Part shown: in pieces, positions 16,579 to 23,600 of the stretch | Layout: each line of letters opens with the position of its first letter | How positions within the stretch are numbered: position 1 is the first letter of the stretch | DNA from: a virus | IMG/VR virus record: IMGVR_UViG_3300045988_101878 | Coordinates: 1 to 64,000 of that record | DNA length: 64,000 nt | Strand: one strand, 5' to 3' | Notes under the pieces: model-generated | What the model was told of the DNA's origin: nothing | Seen by the model: only the letters and a program-made list of their open reading frames with translations | Database searches by the model: none | Program-made: the position numbers and the translations under genes

Positions 16579-16605
16579 TTGGGGGCGGCACGCCCCCTTA
16601 TCTTC
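16579..16605. repeat. copy 3 of the conserved GC-hairpin element; likely also the terminator of 16004-16531
   Basis: TTGGGGGCGGCACGCCCCCTTATCTTC: 7-bp GC stem followed by a T/C-rich tract. A second small hairpin GGGCggcaGCCC lies just upstream. Confidence 0.6.
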
Positions 16606-16903
16606 CCCTTGTTCCTCTCTCCTTCTCCTCCAATATACCCAACCTCTCCCCATAGAGAGAAAACACCCTCATTAGTCTCTCGTTAGCTGGACAACAGTAA
16701 GGGGAGTAGAATAACCTGAGAATCCTCCAATTTGATTAGGCTGTAAGCGTGATTTGTGCGTTTGCAGCCTTTTTTCGTGCAAGCGATTGGCTTGTTTTGG
16801 TCTTTTGAGGTTGATTTTGCGTGTTTTTCCGCTTGATTAGGTGTTTTTACGATATTTATCGAGTTTCCTTTTGTTCTCTTCTCTTCTTTTGAGTAAATAT
16901 CTG

Positions 16904-17082
16904 TGCAAATATTGTCTTTCTCATGCGTACATCTTCATGTCCTGGACTGTTCATATTTTCCTTTAATATTTGCCTTTGTCTCAAAAATTACGGGGGTTAG
17001 ACCGCTTTGACTGTTCAAAAAGTCGGTTTTTGGATAGAAAACGCCCGACAAAGGGATTGGTGTGAAAAATGCAAATATTGTC
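16904..17082. repeat. pair of exact 13-nt direct repeats, TGCAAATATTGTC
   Basis: Copies at 16904-16916 and 17070-17082, centred on the palindromic core AATATT, within AT-rich non-coding DNA. Confidence 0.6.
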
Positions 17083-17222
17083 CTTGGACGAAATACGGTA
17101 AAATTCATTGGATTTAGGTGTACCTTTGGGCGTTCTAAGTCGTTCTTTGGCTTGTTTTCATGGCTTCTCCTTCCTTCGGGATGGGTTCGGGATTCGTTCG
17201 GGACGTGGCATGAAGGCAGAGA

Positions 17223-17345
17223 TTATACCACATGGGAGGAGACTTTATACCACATGGAGGTGGACTTTGCACCACAAAGGGCAGGATTTTGTACACAAAG
17301 GGCAGGATTTTGTACCACATGACTCGAAAATCGTACCAAATGAAC
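17223..17345. repeat. iteron-like tandem array (about six units of 21-23 nt)
   Basis: Units: TTATACCACATGGGAGGAGAC / TTTATACCACATGGAGGTGGAC / TTTGCACCACAAAGGGCAGGAT / TTTGTACACAAAGGGCAGGAT / TTTGTACCACATGACTCGAAAA / TCGTACCAAATGAAC. Confidence 0.7.
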
Positions 17346-17496
17346 AGTAAAATGGGCATGTGACCCTTGTGGGGTCAGAACCCAAGGAGATATAAGACTG
17401 AAAATCAATCGGTTATGCGTGTGGTATGGAAGAAAGTAGCACAAGGGTAATACTTTTTGATGATTGGACGTGACTCCGTGGCTGTTGGCAGGTGGA

Positions 17497-17572
17497 AGGT
17501 GGAGGATGATGGGCGTGACGAGGTGGAGAGCTGCCATGAGGATGCAGGTGGATGATGATAGGAGCGACGAGG
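17497..17572. repeat. two 27-nt direct repeats inside a purine-only tract
   Basis: AGGTGGAGGATGATGGGCGTGACGAGG (17497-17523) and AGGTGGATGATGATAGGAGCGACGAGG (17546-17572). Confidence 0.65.
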
Positions 17573-17704
17573 AACGATGTGGGAGACGAGGCAGGGACAG
17601 CAGGGGACAGGCACAGACGAACCCAAACCCCCACCCCCCTTAGGTACTGGATGCAAATTATAGTAGATAAAAGCATAGGTGTAAATGTTGCTCTGCCAGG
17701 AAAA

Positions 17705-17817
17705 GGTACTACCGGGAAAGGAGGTCATTGTCATATTCCCCACAAAAAGGTACTCCGACAAAAGGAGGTATTGCTTGCACCCCTACCCCTTAGGTACTCC
17801 GTGAAAGGAGGTCGGTT
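17705..17817. repeat. three about 25-nt direct repeats at 44-nt spacing, immediately upstream of the first structural gene
   Basis: GGTACTACCGGGAAAGGAGGTCATTG, GGTACTCCGACAAAAGGAGGTATTG and GGTACTCCGTGAAAGGAGGTCGGTTG. In addition, the exact 13-mer CCCCTTAGGTACT occurs at 17636 and 17786. Confidence 0.7.
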
Positions 17818-17858
17818 GTGGTTATAGGATTTATGTTGAACATTAAAACTTGCAAGAT

Positions 17859-18563
17859 ATGTTTGAGATTGGAAAGAAGTTTAGGTTGCCGTTAGGCGTT
17901 AGTGAGGTTTCGGGCGCGAAGAATCCGATGATTGGGTTGCTGAGTGCTGCGAGCCTTGGTTTGAGTGTTGGCAGTTCGCTGTTCGGCGGTTTTAAGGCTC
18001 GTAAGGCTGCAAAGAGGGCTTTGCGTGAGAATCAATACCGCATGAATGCTGAAAAGGCTTGGTATGACAAGGAGTATAACACGGACTACTTGGACACCAA
18101 GGCAGGACAGAACTTGATGCGCAAGGCTCAGGAGGTGCAGGACAGTTACATTCGCAAAGCTGATGGTGCGGCTGCGGTTGGTGGCGGTACGGCTGCGAGT
18201 ACGGCTATGGCAAAGGAGGCTGCCAATAGGGCTATGGGCAATACTGTGGCTAATATTGGTGCGAATGACACGGCTCGTAAGGCGAGTGTTTCGGATCAGC
18301 ACATGCGTAACGAGAGCAATCTTTCTCAGCAGAGGGAGGCTATCTACAATCAGCAGGCTCAGAATGTGAGCAATGCGGCACAGAATATGAGTAATGCGAT
18401 GGCTGCGGCAGCTTCTGGTTTGGATGGTGCTCCTAAGAGTGGTCCGTTGATTGTGGACGTTGGTAGTGCTGAGGCTAAAGCAGCTGCTCAAGGTTCGCTT
18501 GTCCCAGAGATTGACGAGAAGTCGGCATTCGACAAGCGATTGAAGAACGTGACTGGTGTTTAA
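17859..18563 (+). CDS. Ala/Gly/Asn-rich protein with an N-terminal hydrophobic segment; possible internal virion protein
   Basis: Start set at ATG 17859 (the track used TTG 17850). MIGLLSAASLGLSVGSSLFGGF, then an Ala/Gln/Asn-rich helical sequence. Role is inferred from position only. Confidence 0.55.
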   Translation: MFEIGKKFRLPLGVSEVSGAKNPMIGLLSAASLGLSVGSSLFGGFKARKAAKRALRENQYRMNAEKAWYDKEYNTDYLDTKAGQNLMRKAQEVQDSYIRKADGAAAVGGGTAASTAMAKEAANRAMGNTVANIGANDTARKASVSDQHMRNESNLSQQREAIYNQQAQNVSNAAQNMSNAMAAAASGLDGAPKSGPLIVDVGSAEAKAAAQGSLVPEIDEKSAFDKRLKNVTGV

Positions 18564-18597
18564 TCATATATATTTCAAATTAAAATTATTGCTCAAC

Positions 18598-19251
18598 ATG
18601 AAGAAATTTAAGAACAGAAAGAATTTTAAGAACATTAAGAACGTGAATAATACGGTCAAGAACAACGCCAATATGGATGGCTTTGAGGAGCTTGTCAAGG
18701 CGGCAAAGGAGTTCAATGGAGCTTTGGACGACGAGGTGGCAAACCGAGAGTACGAGCGCAAGAAGCTTGCTGAGGCGTTCGAAAAGAAGGCATCGAATGA
18801 TGCAAAGGCGAAGGAAATCAAGGAGATTATGGAGACGGCAACGGCGGTCATGTGGACCATTGAAGACATCATCAATGGTAAGATTGACGAGGAGCGCAAG
18901 AATAACAAGCCATTTTGTTTGGAACGTGAAGACTTTTTGACATATAAGGCCGAAAAGCCAAAGAAGCGCAAGCCTGCGTCTGAGGTTGAGTCGTTGAAGG
19001 CCGAGCTGGAGAACTTGAACGCTCACTTCAAGGGTGTGTGTGCCGAGCGTGACAATCTTGCCGCTTGCCTGAAGTCGTGCGAGAAAGACCTTAAGCAGAA
19101 GCAGGACGAGGCGGTTATCATGAGACAGGAGGCAGTTTTCCAGTTCAAGCGCGCCGAGAAGGCTGAGGCTTTCATCAAGCAGATTGACGGGGCTTGTGAC
19201 CTTATAAAGAAACATATTGCGGCTTATGGTTCAAAGAAGAAATCCAAGTAA
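18598..19251 (+). CDS. Lys/Glu-rich coiled-coil protein
   Basis: Start set at ATG 18598 (MKKFKNRKNFKNIKN...). Confidence 0.5.
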   Translation: MKKFKNRKNFKNIKNVNNTVKNNANMDGFEELVKAAKEFNGALDDEVANREYERKKLAEAFEKKASNDAKAKEIKEIMETATAVMWTIEDIINGKIDEERKNNKPFCLEREDFLTYKAEKPKKRKPASEVESLKAELENLNAHFKGVCAERDNLAACLKSCEKDLKQKQDEAVIMRQEAVFQFKRAEKAEAFIKQIDGACDLIKKHIAAYGSKKKSK

Positions 19252-20602
19252 TCCGGCTGAACCTGCTCCGTTAGTGCAACAAGCTGCGGGGCAGGTGCCT
19301 GTGCAGGGGAATGTTGGACAGCCTCAGCAGGTTGTTCAGCAAGCTCCTCAGCAGCAGAATGTGGTGCAGCCTGGGCAGGTGGCTCAGCCTCAGCAACCTG
19401 TTAATGTGTTCAGCGGTGGCTCTGGACGACCCACTACGTTTGAGAACATGCCTACGACTGTAGGATGGACTCCTTTCGGCAACCCTGTAAATGAGGGGAG
19501 CAAGGCTCAGCAATCGTGGCAGACGATGAATTCCAAAAACACGGAAGGAAGAATGCCAGCCGCTTACGCTCTTAACTCTAAGCCTTTGGGTGGTGTTGAT
19601 TTGGGTGCTGTTGGTGGTGATAAGGGTGTTACTGCTGTGTTTGAGAGGGACGATAGCCAAAGGGATGGTGGTTTCTTTAAGTGGCTTGGCGGTCTTGCCA
19701 AGAAGCGACCGGGCAGACGCGAGGGAGAAACCGACGAAGAGTATGACGAGCGCATGACAAGGAACAATATGCGCATTGCCACTCTTGCGGACGCTATCCG
19801 ACACATGGGCAATATCTACAATACGATGAAGGGCGGTCCTTCTCAGCAGTTCAACAGCCCTGCGGCTGTGTATGAACAGCAGATGCAGCAACGCAAGGCA
19901 GAAAGAAAGTCGAAATTGGCGGCAGCAGCAGAGAGTGCGTATAAGGATGCACAGTTGCAGCTCAAGATGGATGCAGCCAACACGGACAAGGCTTACAAGG
20001 CGATGAACCTTGAGCTGAAAAAGGATGCAGGCAGACGTGCGGACGAAAGTGCTAAGGCTATGAATGAATACCGCAAGGGACAGCTTGGCATCCAGGAGGG
20101 CAACCTTAAGCTTTCGGAAAAGAGACTCGGGGAAACTATGCGACACAACAGAGCTTCGGAAGGTCTTAGCGCAAGCAGACTTGCTTTATCGAGAACCAAG
20201 GCAAATGGCGGATATAAAGGAAGCGGCAAGGGTCTCGGTTCTGTAACCAACCTTTCTACTCCATACGGACACTTAAACCGCAAAAAGGACCTTAATACCA
20301 TTGAGAAGAGACAGATTTTGGATTTTTTGTTTAAAAATGGATTTATTACCGATGCAGCTGCAAAAAAATACACAAATGCTGTTGATGAACGAGAGCGTGG
20401 CGCAATACTTAACGGTTGGATAGGTTGGGCAGCTAACGCAAAGGGAACAAGAGCAGGAAAATTCAGAAAGATGCTTATAGACCACTACGGATATTCTCCT
20501 ACAAATACCGTTGGCGGTGGCAAAGCTCCAGCTGCTCCTGCAAAGAGCAAGAACAACGCCAAGCCAAAGAAAGGCGGTTGGGCGTCGGGTTTTAAACTTT
20601 AA
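19226..20602 (+). CDS. protein with a Gln/Pro/Val-rich N-terminus and a basic helical body (458 aa)
   Basis: First in-frame ATG is at 19226, overlapping the previous gene by 26 nt. The true start is uncertain. Confidence 0.55.
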   Translation: MVQRRNPSNPAEPAPLVQQAAGQVPVQGNVGQPQQVVQQAPQQQNVVQPGQVAQPQQPVNVFSGGSGRPTTFENMPTTVGWTPFGNPVNEGSKAQQSWQTMNSKNTEGRMPAAYALNSKPLGGVDLGAVGGDKGVTAVFERDDSQRDGGFFKWLGGLAKKRPGRREGETDEEYDERMTRNNMRIATLADAIRHMGNIYNTMKGGPSQQFNSPAAVYEQQMQQRKAERKSKLAAAAESAYKDAQLQLKMDAANTDKAYKAMNLELKKDAGRRADESAKAMNEYRKGQLGIQEGNLKLSEKRLGETMRHNRASEGLSASRLALSRTKANGGYKGSGKGLGSVTNLSTPYGHLNRKKDLNTIEKRQILDFLFKNGFITDAAAKKYTNAVDERERGAILNGWIGWAANAKGTRAGKFRKMLIDHYGYSPTNTVGGGKAPAAPAKSKNNAKPKKGGWASGFKL

Positions 20603-20614
20603 TTTGAAAAATAT

Positions 20615-23600
20615 ATGGCAATAGATAGAAGTAAGTTGCAGAGGATGTACAAGCTTATGGCTGACAACGGCTATACCCAGGACTATAATACATTCGAGAA
20701 GAAGTTTACTGGTGACAGCAATTACGCCAACAGAAAGGCTGTGTACGACCTGTTCACAAAGAATGGTGCTGACTTGGGAGGCTCGTATGAGGAGTTTATG
20801 CGCAAGTTGCAGAAGCCAAGAGCGACAAAGCCTCAGCAGCAACCAAAGACCGCATTAGGCAGGGCACAACAGAGCGTGGCGCAACAGAAATGGGGAGGCT
20901 ATGGTGGTGCTGTGACTCCAATGCAGAATGACAGCGAGCTTGTGCGCGGATTGAAGAATGCGGACGCGGCACAGAGGTTGCAGGTTCCCGTGAGCTATGC
21001 AAAGCCGGGTGCTGTGAAACAGATGGTGAAGCAGACAAGGGAGAGACAGCATGTCGTTGGGCAGAATGTGGAGCAGGCAGGACGTAGAACCATGCAGCCA
21101 TTACGTGAAGAAGAGAAGAAAAACAGAACACCCGTTTTTGATACTGGCAACAAGAATCTGAACCAGTATGTGGTGAACACGCAGGGACAGATGGAGCGTC
21201 AGATGATGGACAGCGGACGTGAGATTGCAGGTGATCATCTTGGAGACTATATCTCCTACAATATCCGCAATGAGTTTGACGCTGCTGCCAAGAGAGGACT
21301 GGAGGCTGAGTCAGCCTTGAGCAAGGCTTCACCATTCGCCTCTATGGTAGCTGGCAAGGCTTACAACGATGCGCTTGACCCCGATATGCTTATAAAGAAT
21401 CTCTCCAAGAAAGCGGAGAGCGATATGGCAAACATTCTCTCAGACCCGAAAGTGCTTGAGAATATTGGCGTTAAGGCGGCTGCCTATGGTGTTGACCCAG
21501 AGGAATATGTAAACAAGATATTCGCTCCTGGCTTGCAAGCAAAGATAGCCGAGGAGTTTGAGAAGAGCGAGCTGAGCCGTAATATGCCTAAGAGTACGGC
21601 AGAATACATCATCCGCGGTGTTAATGACTCGATGATTGGTACTATCTTGTCAATGAGCATGATGTCAAAGAAGCAGAGACAGTATGCTCAGCAAGGAATG
21701 GCAATGACCGATAACGGCGAGAATCCTGATGTTAACCCGAATATGGGCGCAAGAGTGGCACGCGGAACATTGAGCTTTGTTGCTGATGCTCCTGTATTTG
21801 GTGCTGCTGGAAAGGCAGGTGCTGCTGTTGCAGGAAAGGTATTCGGCAATGGAGTGGCACAGATGGCGAGAGTGGCAAATTCTTCTTTGGGTGGACGTAT
21901 TGCTCGTATGGCAGGTTCTGGAATGGTGAGCCAAGGCGTTACTGGTGTGCTTTACGGTTCGACGAATGCGGCTGTACAGAACTACTCTACTGGCGACGAC
22001 ACTTCTATTGGCAATACCGTGAAGCTTATGACTATGGGCGGCGTTTCGGAAGGCGCAAGTTGGGCCACTATGGGTGGCATTGGCGGTGCTGTTGGAGGAA
22101 GCCTGTATAATGTGAGTGGTTTTAAGCGCATTCCTGCCAAGGTGTTCCAGATAGCGATGGAAGGCGTTGGTATGCACATGGGTGGTAATGTTGCCAAGAT
22201 GATAGAGGGTCATGATACCGACTGGCTGAGCGTAGAGGGGAACCTTGAGGCTTGTGCCAATGTTGTAGCCTTGAAGCTGACACACGCAAGACTGCCTAAG
22301 CGTTATGCGAAGGACGGCAAGAAGGAAAGCTATCTTGGCATGGTGGCGAGAAATCTTTATAATCTTACTGTCTCGGACAGACAGAGAACTGCCCTTGGTG
22401 GATATACTTTCACCAATGAGGAGAAAGAACAGCTGTTCGGGAGCGCGAATGCGCCAAGGAGAAAAGAATATACCTACGGATATGATAAGTATGACGTGCC
22501 TTTGACAAGAAGTGAAAATCTTATTGATTGGGCATTGAGAACCAAGAAGACAACAGCCAGAGGAAAGGGCGAGGAATCTTATAATGGCACGGACGCTGAG
22601 TTTGTGAAGACTGCCTATGACGAGATAATGGCTGACAATACCATTCCTTGGGACACAAAAGCTAAATTCTCGGCTTTGGTTATGGGAACTGTTCCTTCGG
22701 CACGTCCGATGATGGACCATATAGCGATAGAGCGTGACGAGAGAGGAGCGTATGTGGGTGAATATAGCCTTTATGGAGAGTTGCTCTCAAAGAACCGCTA
22801 TAAGACAGCCGACGAATACGTTTCAATCAAATACAATCTTGGGGCGAAGAAAGAAAACCAACGTTTGAGTAATGCCTATGGTGCAGCTCAGATAAAGGAC
22901 GAGAAGGCGGCACAAGAAACATTGGAGACTGTAGCTGAGACGTTTGGCTTTACTGCTGAACAGTTGAAGGCAGCTATGGACAAAGACCCGTTGAAGCGCA
23001 GCGAGGAGGAACAGAATGCTTGTGTGGCTCTGAGAAAGGCTTATGAGGGAGAGCAGTTCCCGGAAGGAACGTTGCATCCCGACCAGTCGCAGACAGAGGG
23101 CAAGGACGTGGTTGAGGAGAATAACCTTGGCACGGAGAATCCTAACAACGAGGCTGTGGCTGAGGTGCTGAACAACATGAATAATGCCGAAAAGGCGTTT
23201 AATGCAGCCTTGGAAAGCAACGATGTGTTGAAGCAGGAGTATGAGAGACTGGCAAAGGAGGGTCTTTCGGAACCTCAGATATACATGGAGCTGTTTAATT
23301 CGGGACTGACGCAGGAACAGCTTGCACCTTTTGCCGACTACATCAACGCCAAGGCTAAGGCTGTGGGCATGTATCGCGGAACTGAACAGAAGATTGCTGA
23401 GACCGTGCAGAAGCATGTGGAGCAATGGAGCTACAAGGGCGAGCTGAATGGCGAGAAGCAAGAGGGCGGTCAGATGGTGTTCGTGAAGGACAACAAGGGC
23501 AGACTGCTGATTGTTGGAGCGGGCGATGTTGCCTTTGATAATGATGGCAGAGCGAGAGAAAGCGTTGGCGACATGCTTAGCGTGCTTGATGCTGAGAAGG

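Noticed and set aside
17001-17031. Rho-independent terminator inside the non-coding region (ACCGCTTTGACTGTTCAAAAAGTCGGTTTTT).
   Set aside because: Only 4-bp alternative stems (ACCG/CGGT or GACT/AGTC) can form, which is too weak to call.
17223-17345. Possible CRISPR or mini-array made of the 22-nt tandem repeats.
   Set aside because: The units abut each other with no unique spacers. They are too short and too degenerate for CRISPR repeats, and no cas genes are present. An iteron-like array fits better.
19217-19251. Programmed frameshift joining 18598-19251 to 19217-20602.
   Set aside because: The downstream frame is +1 relative to the upstream one. No slippery heptamer or rare-codon pause is evident in GGTTCAAAGAAGAAATCCAAGTAA, and an in-frame ATG (19226) is available. 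An ordinary short overlap is more parsimonious.
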